From Myxococcota bacterium (GTDB lineage Bacteria > Myxococcota > JACRCW01), in NCBI GenBank assembly GCA_040752415.1, contig JBFMGU010000073.1, forward strand, positions 1-41,797: a DNA stretch of 41,797 nucleotides. Direction: 5' to 3'. Each line of letters starts with the position of its first letter. The stretch's first letter is position 1. The position numbers were made by a program, and so were the translations under genes. Positions 7,718 through 20,600 of the stretch are shown here, in pieces. Under the pieces are notes generated by a model that saw nothing but the letters and a program-made list of their open reading frames with translations, ran no database searches and was not told where the DNA came from.

Positions 7718-8641
7718 TTGGGTCGCCTTCACGGGGGCCCCACACGGGGCTGTGTCTTCCGACTGACGACGGTTGGCGCTGCGCTGGCGTTGGCGGCCGC
7801 CTGCGACGCGCCCTCAGCGGCGGTGCGCCCGCAGAGCGTCGTGGCCCCCTCCGGTAGTGCCCATGGCGGCGTCAGCGAGGTTGGGGAGATGCCGACGCGT
7901 GCGGAGGTGCTCGAAGAAGTTCGCCGCCTTCCACCGGTCCTTCGGGAGCAGTTCGAGACGGAGAACGGACAGCGGGAGTTCCTGCGAGCGATGCAGGACA
8001 AGCGACTTCTGGCCGCGGAAGCACGCCGTCGGAACCTCGCCGCCGAGCCGACCATTGCCAAGCAGGTCAGGGAACTCGAAGAGAGGCTCATCATCCAGAA
8101 GCTCCTGGAGATCGAGGAGAGCAAGTCGCCGGTCACGGAGGAGGAAGCCAGGACGTGGTTCGAGGCCAACAAGGAAATGCTGAAGCAGCCCGAGCGCGTG
8201 AGGGTGGTGCGCGTGCTGGCTGCGGCAAAGGGCGCCTCGTCAGGAGACCTGCAAACCGCGCGCACCAAGGCGGAGCGGTTCCGGCGTCGCCTGACCTCCG
8301 GTGAAGCGACCCAGAAGGTTGCTCCGGATGGTGACGGGCCTGAGAGCGCGCGGGGTGGGGACCTCGGTTTCATCCAGGCGGGCGACCACCCTGACAAGGC
8401 CTTGGAGGCCGCCGCCTTCTCACTGAAGAACCGCGGCGACGTCTCCGAGGTGGTCAAGACGCAAGACGGTTACGCGGTGCTGGTTCTCACCGACCGCCGG
8501 GAAGCGCGAATCCCGAGTTACGACGAGGTTCGGTCCGACGTGATTGCGAGGATGGAACCTCAACGCAAGCGCAAGGTCTTCAACGAAGTCATTCGCCGTC
8601 TGCGCGAGGCGAGCAGCAACCAAGCGGCGCTGACGCCGTGA
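7718..8641 (+). CDS. Parvulin/PpiC-type foldase lipoprotein (PrsA/SurA-like), probably catalytically degenerate
   Basis: Lipobox LALAAA-C (Cys codon 7802), helical chaperone region (LLAAEARRRNL), and PERVRVVRVL...RGGDLGFI...LEAAAFSLKNRGDVSEVVKTQDGYAVL. Start is uncertain: TTG 7718 chosen, ORF open from 7619. Confidence 0.85.
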   Translation: MGRLHGGPTRGCVFRLTTVGAALALAAACDAPSAAVRPQSVVAPSGSAHGGVSEVGEMPTRAEVLEEVRRLPPVLREQFETENGQREFLRAMQDKRLLAAEARRRNLAAEPTIAKQVRELEERLIIQKLLEIEESKSPVTEEEARTWFEANKEMLKQPERVRVVRVLAAAKGASSGDLQTARTKAERFRRRLTSGEATQKVAPDGDGPESARGGDLGFIQAGDHPDKALEAAAFSLKNRGDVSEVVKTQDGYAVLVLTDRREARIPSYDEVRSDVIARMEPQRKRKVFNEVIRRLREASSNQAALTP

Positions 8642-8658
8642 AGTAGGGGAGAGCAGCC

Positions 8659-11600
8659 GTGCTTCGAGTTTCTTCCCCGGCCAGGATTGTTGCGTTTGGC
8701 ATGCTCACGCTCGCGCTCACGCCGGCAATGGCCCGTGCGGAGGCGGTGGTCACGGCGATCAATCCCGGCACGCCGCTGCGGGTTGGTGGGCAATCCGGTC
8801 AGTTCATCTTCGACGTGTCGGGGCAGGCCTCCAGGTTGGTTCTGGACGTCGTCGGCACCTCCGAGTCTCACGGTGAGTTCGCGCGGATTACCGGCAAGGT
8901 GTTGCAGCCCGACGGAAGCGGGGCAGTTCCATTCCTTGTCACGGTGCCCTTCTCGCAGGCGTACCCCGAGGACGGCGTTCTCACCGTCACCGCCACGCCC
9001 TATGACGAGCGCAACGCTCCGGGAACACCGCTGACGGCAGATTTCGACCCGCGCCGCGCGCCACCTCGGGTCGAAGGCGACGCTGTGACTGTCAGGATGG
9101 TGGATGGAGGACTGCTGGTCGAAGTTGCATATGTCGGGCAGGCGGCGGCGGCCGAGGTTTCGGTCGTTGGTGTCTCCGCGAGCGCGCTCCGGCGGGTTTC
9201 AGGCAGTCTGCAGCGTGCCACGGCGGAGGCCTTCGCCACGGTTCGCGATATGAAGCGGCGGGCGCCCGGGCCCGGGGCTGAGAGCCGCGTCAGCTTTCAG
9301 ATCCCGACGACGGAGGGCGTCACCATCCCGCTGGATGGCGTTGTTGTTGCCGACGTGGCGCTCCAGGATCCCTTTGGCCGGACCATCCACACCTCCACCG
9401 TCGAGTTCACGAGCTCCAGCGCATTCGACCAGCTCCTCGACCTCACGGTGCAGCCGTCGCCGCTGCTGTTGTCGGAGGGGTTTGGGCAGCGTGTGCCGTT
9501 GTTGGTCCGCGGACGCTTCATGCTCGCCGGAGAGGTGGACCTGACCAGTGCGCTGTACGGCGTCACCTACTCCTCCGACAACGAGGAGGTGGCGCTGGCT
9601 ACACCTGACGGGCAGGTTGTGGCACGGGGTAACGGTACCGCGACGGTGCTCGTCAGCTATCTGGGCGTTCAGCGAAGCGTGCCAGTGATGGTGGATTCCA
9701 CGGCACAGCTCGACCACGTGGAGCTCCAGCCGGTTGGCGCCACCATCCCCCGGGTCGGAAGCTCCTTGCAGCTTCGACTGGAAGGAGTGCTCACGAGCCT
9801 GGATGCGTCAGGGAATCCGAACCGCGTGGACCTGACCGCCGGGGTGCTCGGAACGGTCTGGACGTCGAGCGACCCTTCGACCATCCGCGTGGATTCACAC
9901 GGTCGGGTTTCAACCCTGCGGGCGGGCTCGGCGCTAATCACGGCGGAGAACGCCGGGTTCTCGGACACGCTGCGGGTCGAGGCGCTGGATGCCCCACCCA
10001 CGGTCCGCGTTGAGGTTGCGGCGCAGGTGCAGGCTGGAAGCACGTTCGAAGTCCAAGCCATCGCCGTTGATGACGTGGGGGTCGCCAACGCATCCATTCT
10101 CGTTGATGGCGTGCCTGTCGCGCAGCTTGACCACGGGCCCTTCGTCGTTCAGCTGCAGGCACCTCCGTACGGCGGCTCCTCCATGGTGCTCAGCGCCGTG
10201 GCGAGGGATGTCGCCGGCAACCTGGCCCAATCGCCCGAAGTCACCGTGTCCGTCGTGGGCGCCCCCGCGGCGAGCAACAAGCGCGTGGTCTATGACCGTC
10301 CGCCGCCCGGGACAATCCTGGTGGAGTCGGTTTCTGCCACAATCTGCGTGACAAGCGGTGACTGGCGACGACAGGAACTGGAAACCAGCGACTTCCGGCT
10401 GGTGCGGTTCTACGCGGATGGGGCTCTGCTTGGAACCACGCAGATTCCCAGGGTGGAAATGCGCGAGGGACCCAACCGTGACCCCATCACGGGGCGGCCC
10501 GAAGCGATTCCGGTTCCCGTCTGGGAGTTCAACTACGTTCCGCCGGTTGGCACCTCAGGCCGGAGCGTGATCATCCGCGCCGAGGCCATCGACCGCGACG
10601 GCGCGATGGCTCACGGAGAGGCTCTCATCCTACGCGTCGCCCAGGACACCTCGCCGTTGGTGCGACTGGACGAGCCTGCATTGGATCCCGCGAACGCCGC
10701 GATTGGCATCCCGCTGCCGTTCAAGGGCGTGGTGGTGGATGACACCGGCCAGCTGGGAGTGACCGTCGAGCTGCTGGTTCAGGATCAGCTCGTCGCGTCC
10801 GAGCGACTGACAGGGGAGGGCTCGCAACGGTTTGACCTGCAGTGGGTGCCGCCGCGGGGCTCCGCGAACACCCGTCCCCGGCTCTATGTGCGCGCCACGG
10901 ACTTCGCGGGAAATGTCACCCAGGTCTCGCGGGATGTTGTGGTGGCGGGCGACGCTGCTCCCCAGGTTGCGGTGCTGAGCCCCACGCAAGGCTCCAATGT
11001 CGCCGCGGGGACGTCGCTGTCTCTCACTGCGGCCGTGCTGGACGACGGGCAGACTCCGCCGGAGATCCGCTGGCTGGTTGATGGGGTGGGCGTGGGTGTT
11101 TCCACCTCGCCCCCGTACCTCGTTCGCTACCTGGTGCCGCCATCCTCAGCCGGGCGTTCTTTTATGGTCGAGGCGGTGGCGAAGGACTCGGCGGGTCAGG
11201 AAGCGCGCGCGTCGGTGACCGTGAATGCGGTACCCGATGTGGCGACGCCGACCGTCAGTCTTGTGGTGCCCCACGACGGGGACACCGTTGTTGAGACGCA
11301 AGACGTGTTGGTGACTGTTGCGGGACTCGACGACGTCGGCGTTTCGCGTCTGGAGGTCCTGGTTGACGGCGTGGTGGTGGCCAGCGAGACGGACCCATCC
11401 CCCAACAATGGGATCACCGGCTCATTCATCAGCCATGTCGTCATCCCTGCTGCCCAGATTGCGGGCTCGCCGCTCCATCGCATCGGAGCGAGGGCAACGG
11501 ACCGGTCCGGCAACGTGGGGATCGCGCCGGAAGTGACGATTCAGGTCACCCCGGACCAAGCGCCTCTGGTCGAGTTCGTGACGCCTGCAGAGGGCGCACG

Positions 11601-14600
11601 ACTGACCTCGGGGCGAGCAGTGGACATCGTGGCGCAGGCCACCGACGACGTTTCCGTGACGAGCATTGCACTTCTCGCCGGGGGCGCGGAGGTGGGTACA
11701 CTCACAAGACCACCCTATCGGTTCCCCTACACTGCTAACGGGGCGCCTCGCGTCCTCACGCTGCAACTCGTCGCGACCGACAGCGGCGGCAACCAAAGCA
11801 CCGCAACCCGGCTCGTTGAGATCGTGTCCGACGTGGATGCGCCGCTGCTCGCATTCCGGCGGCCGGGTGCGTCGTCGCGGGTGTTTGGTGGCCGGCCGTT
11901 GGCCGTGGAGGTGCTTGCTTCGGACAACGTGGGCGTGTCCTCCGTGACGCTCCGCGCGAATGATGCGGAGCAGGGCGTGCCGGTGACAGTGGTTCCCGAA
12001 GGGCTGTTCGCGACCTACAAGTGGGAGGTCACCGTCCCGGCTTCCCTCGTGGGCCAGTCCCTCCACCTGCGCGCTGACGCAACGGATTCCGCGGGCAACA
12101 CCGCGCGTCGCGACCTGGATGTTCTCGTGGTGCAGGACACACCGCCGCGCGTGTCGCTCCTTGCTCCCGCGGCGGGCGCCCACGTGATGGAAGGTGACTT
12201 GGTCACCGTCTCATACACCGTCGCTGACGATGACGGTGTCATTGGCGCGGTTCCGCTGTCAGGTGGCGTTCCGCAGGGCATCCTTCCGACGAGCGGGCCC
12301 GTGGTTTCGTTGAACCAGCAACAGGCTGTGAAGGTGACCGCCCCGATCATCTCTCAGGGCCTGCCGCCCAGCGTGGGCATTCGTGCGCGTGACACCGCGG
12401 GCCAGGACGGAGAGGCGTTGGTCCTGCTTGACGTGGTCCGGGACACCCACGCTCCGACGGCAATCCTGCTCTCGCCGCTGCCAAGCAACTCGGGGATGGT
12501 GTCGGCAACCCCCAACGAGTCCATCGGCGTGCAGGTGAGCACCAGCGACAACGTGCGCGTTTCCAGCGTGGTTGTGCTGATCGACGGCGTGGAGCGCGCG
12601 GACGTCCAGATGCGTGCGGTGGACGAAAAGGTTGTCGAGGAGCGGGCGGCCAACCCGCTTGCGCCGGGGGAAATCATCGTCACGCGGACCTACACCGCGA
12701 CGTTCGCGGGGACCGTTCCGCTGATTGGGACGCCGGTCGGGCAGCACACGCTCCGCGCACGAGCCATGGACCCCGCCGGAAACACGTCCGCGACCAACGA
12801 GGTCACGCTGGACATCCAGGAGCGGGGGGACACCACCGGGCCGCTCCTGACAATGAAACTTGGAGGCACGCCGGACCCAACGGTCTGCGTCTCGGGGGCC
12901 ACCGCGGTGGTTCGCCTGACAGCGTCCGACGACACGGCGGTGCAGGAGCTGTCGTTGTCGCTGGATGGCGTTCCCGTGTTGCTGCCGCCCTTCGTTCCCG
13001 GCCCCGGCGTGAAGCTGGAGGCCACCGTCAATCTGCCGCAGCTGGACGTCGCCGAGAGCTCGAGAACGCTCACGTTCACGTCGGAGGTCCGCGACCCTGC
13101 GGGCCATTTCCGCTCCGAAAGCCTGTCATGCGAGCTCCTGCCGGACCTGCCACCGGCGCTGTTCATCACGGAGCCAGCCGCGGGTGCGACGCTCACGGAG
13201 GAGGCGGCGACGCGTGTGCTTGTCGAGGTGCTGGACGATACCTCGGTGCGGCGCCTTCACCAGGTACTTTCCACGAAGCCGGCGACCGTGGTCGGCCCAC
13301 GTGAGCTTCGAATTCCTGCCACCCTCCCGGCAGGCCCCTCGGCGCCAGCGATCGCGCTCGGTCTTGGCGACGACCTGACATTCCAGGCGTCGTGCACGGG
13401 CGAAGGGATCGTGGTCAACCCTCAGGTGAGCTCGGCGCTGGGCACCAACGCGGGGAACCTGACGCTGCAGGTCACTCCATCCGCCGCTGGAAACGGTGTC
13501 GACGCCAGGGTGCGCTATCGCTTCCGGGTGCTGGATGGCTTTTCGTCCGATCTGCGGGTGACGCAGTTCCTGGCCCAACATCCCGACGGCGTGCGGACGG
13601 TACGCGTTGGTGCTGCTCCCGTGGACCTGTCCTTCCCTTCTGCCGTCATCGCCGTGGACGACGTGGATGTGGAGCTCATGCCGGTCGAAGGTGGCGCGCC
13701 GGCAGCCATCACCAGGGTGGGTGTTCGCTACGCGTCCGCTGGCGCACTGCAGTCCGTCCGCGTGAGTGCGTTGAGTGAGTTGTTGCTTTCGCAGGTGACG
13801 CAGGCGACAAGCGCGTCGCCGGGCAAGCTTGTCCAGCTGCAAGACACTTTGCGGCTTCCGAAGGGCTGGGCGCCGCGTGACATGACGCTCACCGCGTTCG
13901 GTGTCGATGACGCCGACCAGGCCGGCGCGGCAAGTGTTGCGGTGAAGACCCAGACCGACGTGGCGCCGCCGTCCGTGCGGATCGTGTCGCCGGTGTCTGG
14001 CTCAACTGCCGTGGCGCGGTCCACAATTCCCGTCGCCATCCAGGCAACAGACACGGTCTCCGTCGCGACCGTCGAGCTGTTCGTCGACAACGTCCCAGTG
14101 GGAACGCCGACCATGGCGGACGGTGGAGTCGCAACGTTCATGATGAACACTCCGCGCGCGACGGGAGTGCCGATCATGCTCCAGGCGCGGGCGACGGATG
14201 CCGCGGGCAACGGCGCGACATCACCGCCGGTGTTTGTCCTCGTCCAGGAAGACCAGCCGCCGACGATCCAGTGGACCAGCTTGGAGTCATCGGTGGAACG
14301 GGTCTCTGCGGCGGAGCTTGGTACTGGTCTGGTCCGGCTGCTCCAGGAGGTGCCGGCGCGACTGCGCTTCCGGGTTGCCGATGATGTCGGCATCGCGGAG
14401 GTCGCGGTTGCGCTCGACGGAGCATCGCTCGTCACCCAGGCCATCTCGCCGCCCCAGCTCGCCTTGAATCAGGAAGTGACGTTCACGCTACCCCTGGCTG
14501 CGGAGCGGACGCCGGCCATTCTGGAAGTCACTGCCACTGATTCTGCGGGGGTGTCCTCGAAGGCGCGCCTCATCGTCGAGAGCCGGCGACCCCAGGCGCC

Positions 14601-17600
14601 GTTTGTAGCGGTCGCCGTTCCCGTGCCGCAGGCCACCTTGCCTGAGGGAAGCATCCAGTTCGTGTTCGCGGCGGTGGCGGGCGACGACACCCAGGTGGCA
14701 TCTCTGGACCTGGACATCAACGGTCAGCCCGCGTTGCACCTTACCCAGTCCCAGGACGTTCCCCTTGTCGGCGTCGATGACGAAGGGCGCGGCATCGCGG
14801 AGGATCCCGCGGTGCGGCAGGCCATTGCGGCGTTCCCGGCCCCCTTTGATGAGCCGCGGCGCTTGCGTCTGTTCCAAAGGACGGTCTCACTGCCGCCCGG
14901 CTTCGTGGACCTCACTCCCGACAGCTCCAGCGTCGCGCTCGAGTTGCGCGCAACGGCAACGGATGCCGAGGGCAACCAGAGCACGGTTCAGCGGCTGGTC
15001 ACGATTGTCGAGGACACCTCAGCACCGCTCACGCAGATTCTGTCGCCGTCCCTGAGCCAGGACATCATCGAACGGACTCCGGTGACCGTGGAAGTTGTGG
15101 CGCGTGACGACGTGTTCGTGCGCGAGGTTGAGATCTCGGCCGGTCCGGACCTCGCCTCCATGCAGGTGGTTCATGTCGCGGGTGGCTTTCCCCCGCAGAA
15201 CGCTGTTCCGGGGGCATCGTTCGGAATCTACGCCCCGCCCGTCGTCTTTGATCTGACGGTGCCCTCACTGGCGGAGCTCGGGGGCGTGGAGCCGGCGCCG
15301 TACTTCATCTCCGTCCGGGCCACGGACATCAATGGAAACACCAGCTCGCCGACCATTCAGGTTATCGACGTCGTGAAGGACCGCGCTCCCTCCGTGTTCC
15401 TTGCCGCGCCCAGCGATGGCGAGCCGGTCGTGGAAGGCAGCGAGTTCGTCACGCTCGTCATCGCGCAGGACGACGTCGGGCTCAGCAGCGTGGAGATCCT
15501 GGTTGATGACGTCGTGGCGACCATTCTCCATGCGCCACCTTTCGCGGCATTCGTGCCGGTTCCGCCCGGGGCGGATGTGCTCTCGGTCCGTGCTGAGGTC
15601 GTCGATACCGCCGGCCATCGCGCCAGCAGCCAGACGGTCATCCTTCCGGTCGTGGGCGACAACCCGCCGACCGTGGCGATTGCCAGCCCGAGGATGGGCA
15701 CGCAACTGGTGGAGGGGCGCGACTTCGCCCTGCAAATTGCCGCACAAGACGACGTCCAGATTGCGACAGTGGAGGCGACCGTGGAGGGCGGGGTCGGCGG
15801 GACCCGCTACCTTGCGAGCTCACAGCCTCCCTACACCTTCGTGGTGCCGCTGCCGTACGGGTCCGCGGGACGAACGCTGCGTCTGCAGGCACAGGCCCGG
15901 GATTCGGCGGGGCATCGCGCGCTCGCGCCGGTGGTGGACGTCACCGTCGTTGCTGACACTTCGCCACCCACGGTCTCCTTCCTTCAGCCGGCTGCCAACT
16001 CCCAGGTCATCGCCGGGTCCCGCGTTGAGGTCGAGGTTGAGGCCAACGACAATGTCGACGTCCGGAACGTCACGGTCTCCAGCAACGGGACCGTGGTCTC
16101 GGTCATGCCGGTCCCGCCGTTCCGGTTCACGTACACCGTGCCGCGCGATGCCGCCGGGCAGACGCTGAACCTGCTGGCGGTGGGGACGGACGCCTCCGGA
16201 AACCAAGGACAAGCGTCCATCAGTGTCGAGGCCATCCCTGACCAGGCACCCGAGGTCGTCGTCGTCACGCCGCCACGGATCGTTGCCGGAATCCCCACCG
16301 CGTTCACCGCGTCGGCATCGGACGACGTCGCGGTCATGCAGGTCTCCTTCCACGTGGGGCCGCAGGAGAGCCAACCGCCAGAGGTCGGTCGCAGGTTCCA
16401 GCTGCCCTACGAGTACGCGCACACCGCCCCAGCCGCTCAGGTCGGGACCATGCTCACCGTGCAGGCGCGGGCCGTGGATGGCGCCGGGCAGGCCACGTGG
16501 TCGTTGCCCGCGCGCGTGGAGGTCGTGCCGGACCAGCCGCCGGTTGTCAGCATTGTGCGGCCGCGCTCTTCGAGCGCCGTCTTCGATGGTGCAGTGGTGC
16601 GCGTGGAAGCCGATGCCACCGACCCCGACGGCGGCGTGGTGCAGGTGGCGTTCCTTGTCGACGGCGTCCGCGTGGATGTCGCAACGCAGGCCGCGGGAAT
16701 TCCGGGAGCACCGACGCTGTGGCTAGGAAGCTTCGCGGCGCCCGTTGGCAGCGGCAATCGCACGTTCACGCTGGTTGCGTTGGCGACGGACACGGCGGGT
16801 CAGACCACGACGTCGGCGCCGGTCATCATCGGGACGGTCCGGGACACGGTGCCACCGGAGGTGCAGCTGGTGGAGCCGCCCCACCAGGACGTGATCACGG
16901 AAGGCGATCTGGTTCTGTTGCGCGCCGCGGCAGCAGACAACGCCGGAGTTGACCACGTGGACATGCTGGTCAACGGCATCCGCGTGGGCACGACCGCCTC
17001 CAGTGTACCGGGCCCCGCCGGCCGTCCACTGTACGACGTGAGCTGGTTGGCGCCGACGGACTCCCCGGGGGCTTCCCGCAACCTCGTGGCGACCGCGTCG
17101 GACACCTCCGGAAATGTCGGAACGTCCCAGGCAGTCACGGTCGAACTGGGGCTTCGTCCCTCATCGGTTGCTCCCGCTGTCAACCGTCCGGGTATCTGGT
17201 CGCCCAGTGCGCTCGCCGTGCGCGCCGACGGCTTGGCCGCCGCGGGCGCGTTCACGGAGCAGGGCGCGGCCGCGGTCGGATTGGCGCTCACAACGGAATC
17301 TGGCCTCGTGACCCTCGGCAACGTGGAGACTCAGGGCAAACCTGCGGCGGCCGCGTTTGACGGGGATCTCCTATTCATCGCGTCGCGGGGACTGGAGCCG
17401 GGCCTGGCCTCGATTCTCGAGGTCGTGGATGTCTCAAGCACTGCCACTCCGTTGTGGCGAGGTGCGATCGACCTGCCCGACGACGAGATTGGTGGCCTCG
17501 CGGTGGTGGACCATCTCGTGTTCGTCGCGAACGGGTCCTCCGGCATTGCGGTCATCGACGTTGCGGTGCCTGAAGCGCCACAACGCAGCGTCACCGTTCC

Positions 17601-20600
17601 CGTGGTCGGCACCGCCTTGGGCGTCACCGCGGCGGCGGGTCGGCTGCTTGTCGCGGCAGGGCCTGGCGGTCTGCGCATCCTGGACCTTCGGAGTCCGCGC
17701 CTCGGCGAGCTGGGGTTCGTCGCTGTGCCGGGTGGTGCGGTCAGCGTGGCGACAGCCGGAGACTCCGCGTGGGTGGGCGGAGGCGGTTCCAGCGCCAACA
17801 TCGCCGTCGTCGACATCCACGACCCGGCCGCGCCGCTGGTCGTGTCCGTGACGCCCACACGTCCCGCGCGGGCCGACGTCCTGGCCCAGGGGGTGGCCGC
17901 CGTGGCGGTTGCCGGCAGTGTTGTCGTCTCGGACTCGCAGCTCGTCGACCAGGATGTGGTTCCGGTCAAGGGCCTTCTTTCAATCGGCAGTGTGGATGCC
18001 TCGGGTACGCCGAGCACTCGGTTCCACGCCAACCTGCCGACCCACTCCCCGCTCGGCGTCGCGGGCGGCCGGGTCCTCACGCTGCTCGGCGCGCAGGGGC
18101 TCGCGGCGTTCCGTCTGCCCAGGCTGACGGTGACCGATGTGCAGCCCGCAGACGGCGAAGACCAGGTTCCGTTGCGTGATATGGCCGTGCGCATTGAGAC
18201 GAGCGTTCCCGTGGCGCCGGCGACGGTCACTGCTGCTTCAGTGGTCCTGCGCGCTCACAACCGATTCATTGGTCCGGCAGTCGATGCTTCGCTCTCGGTG
18301 GAGGGACGTGTCATCACGCTGACTCCGGCCGTGGACCTGCTACCGGCCACCACGTACTTCCTCACGGTCACCACGGACGTCGCCGACGGCGGCGGCACGC
18401 ACCTGGACGCGTCGTTCACTGCGCATTTCCAGACTCGGGCCGCGAACGGAGAGCTCCCGGTGCTGGCTTGGGTGACTCCTTCGGCGGGGCCGGCCGAAGG
18501 CGGCACCGCGGTCACGGTGGTGGGCGAAAACTTCGCGGCCGGAGCGCGGGTCCTCTTCTCTGGGGCGGAGGCGAGTGATGTCCAGGTGGCGCCGGATGGC
18601 CTCCAGCTCACGGCCCGTACTCCCCCGCAGCAACTTGGTCCCGCCACGGTCACGGTGGTCAACCCCAATGGCCTCGAAGGGTCTCTCGTGGGTGGGTTCA
18701 CCTACCTTGACGCGCTCAGCGTTGACCTCGTCATCCCGCCGACGGGACGTCTGGAGGGCGGTGACGTTGTCGAGGTGACGGGCACGGGCTTCCAGCGCGG
18801 CATGGTGGTGACTTTCGACGGTGTGCCGGCCACCGAGGTCCGGGTCCTTTCTTCCGGTCGGGCGACCATGAGGACACCACCCGGCAACTACGGCCCCGCC
18901 GACGTGCTGGTGGCGACCCCAGACGGTAAGCGTGCGCTCGCCGCAGGCGGATACATCTACACGGACCTGAGCGTGACCTCGAGGTTCCTCCGGTACAACC
19001 GTCAAGCTGATGGCCCCACACGTCCCCTTCACAGGCTCGCCGAGGGCCGACCGGGCAGGTTGGACTCGGTGGAAAACCGGGTCTGGATCCTTGCCGACGC
19101 GGCGGTCAACAGAAACGCCACCGACGTCTTGGACCTGATTCAGACCAGTTTGCACGGCGCTGTGGGATTGGTGGACGTAACCGACCCGGAGAACGCGTTC
19201 GTCCTGGGAGGTCTGTCACTCCCACCGCCCTTTGAACCGGTGGACATTGAAGTGCGGGACGACCTCGGGTTCCTGGTGGCCTCGGCCCCGACGCTGCCGT
19301 TCGTGGATGTTTCCGGCGAGGGAGAGCCATCCCTCTTTGTCGTGGACGGGTCCAACCCGCAGGCCCCAACCGTAACGGCCAGGGTTCCCTTCGCGGGTAC
19401 GGCGCGTCGCTTGGCGCTCGCGGATGACATGGCTCTGGTGGCAGCGGGGGAGGGCGGGCTCGTGCTCATTTCGCTCGCGGATCCCCGGTCTCCGGTCCTG
19501 CTCGGCGCGCGGACGCAGTTCTTCGTGGGCGGGCAGTTGCGCGAGGCACGCGTCGACGATGTGGTGGTCACAGGCTCCGTCGCTGTGTTGACAGCGGAGA
19601 CCAACGAGGGCGCGAGGGGCGCACTCGCGTTGGACCTGACACGATCGACGCTCCCTGTCCTGGGCGAGTTCTCGTCGTTCAACGCGGCGTCCGTCATTGA
19701 CAGCACCGGCGTGCTGATTGCTTCGGGTCTCCAGACGTTCACCCTGGACCCACCGACGGAACCGCGCGTGGGAGTCAGCATTCCGTCATTGGTTGGGGGC
19801 CGTCAGTTTGATGCGGTGACGGTCGAACGGTCCATCGCCGCTGCAGGCGCGACCCACGGCCGCGCCCTGGGGCCCGGCGGCATGGCCCAGATCATGTCCA
19901 TCCCGACGGTGATGCAGCCTCGCACGCTGGATGCCGTGAGCGTCTATCCCGGCGACGTCCTTGCCGACGTTGGAATCGGGGGGGACGTCCTTGCCGTCAG
20001 CATCAACAAGAATGCCGTCAACGGCGAGGGTATCGAGATCGCCCGGGATGCGCTGGCCATCATCGCCCTTCCGTTCCCGGTGCTGACCAGCGTCGATCCG
20101 CCCGACGGGGCCAAGGGCGTCCCGGTAACGTCATCAGTCAACGTGGAGTTCGCCAAGCCGGTGGTGGGCGTTGCCGGCACGTCGGTGCGCCTGTTGCGGC
20201 TGGACGGGTCCGCGGCCGGCGTCGAGGTGCCGATCACGGTGACTTCGGCAGGCAGGTCGTTGAACGTTGTGGTCAACGCGCCCATGCAAACCGGCGCTCC
20301 TCACCGGCTGACGCTCGATGGCGTCGTCGACGCGGCGACGGGCGCACCGCTGCCGAGTCCGTTCCACTCGCACTTCACGATCGCGACGGATGCCACAGCG
20401 GTGGCGCTTCACGTGGACGCCCTGGACCCGCGTGAAGGGCCAAGCGTCGGCGGGACCTTGTTGACCCTTTCCGGGCGCGGATTCGAGGCGGGAGTGGATG
20501 TGCGTCTCGGTGGCCTGCCCGTGACCGACGTCCAGGTCTCCAGCGACCGGACCAGCCTCACTGCGCGCACTCCCGCTCATCCGGCGGGCGCGGCGACGCT

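Noticed and set aside
7182..7720. ops/JUMPstart element or known riboswitch in the leader
   Set aside because: No GGCGGTAG found, and I could not match a known riboswitch consensus by eye.
7124..7766. Short ORFs in the intergenic gap (e.g. 7124-7732 on the minus strand)
   Set aside because: Atypical codon usage, no motifs and overlap with real genes; treated as non-coding.
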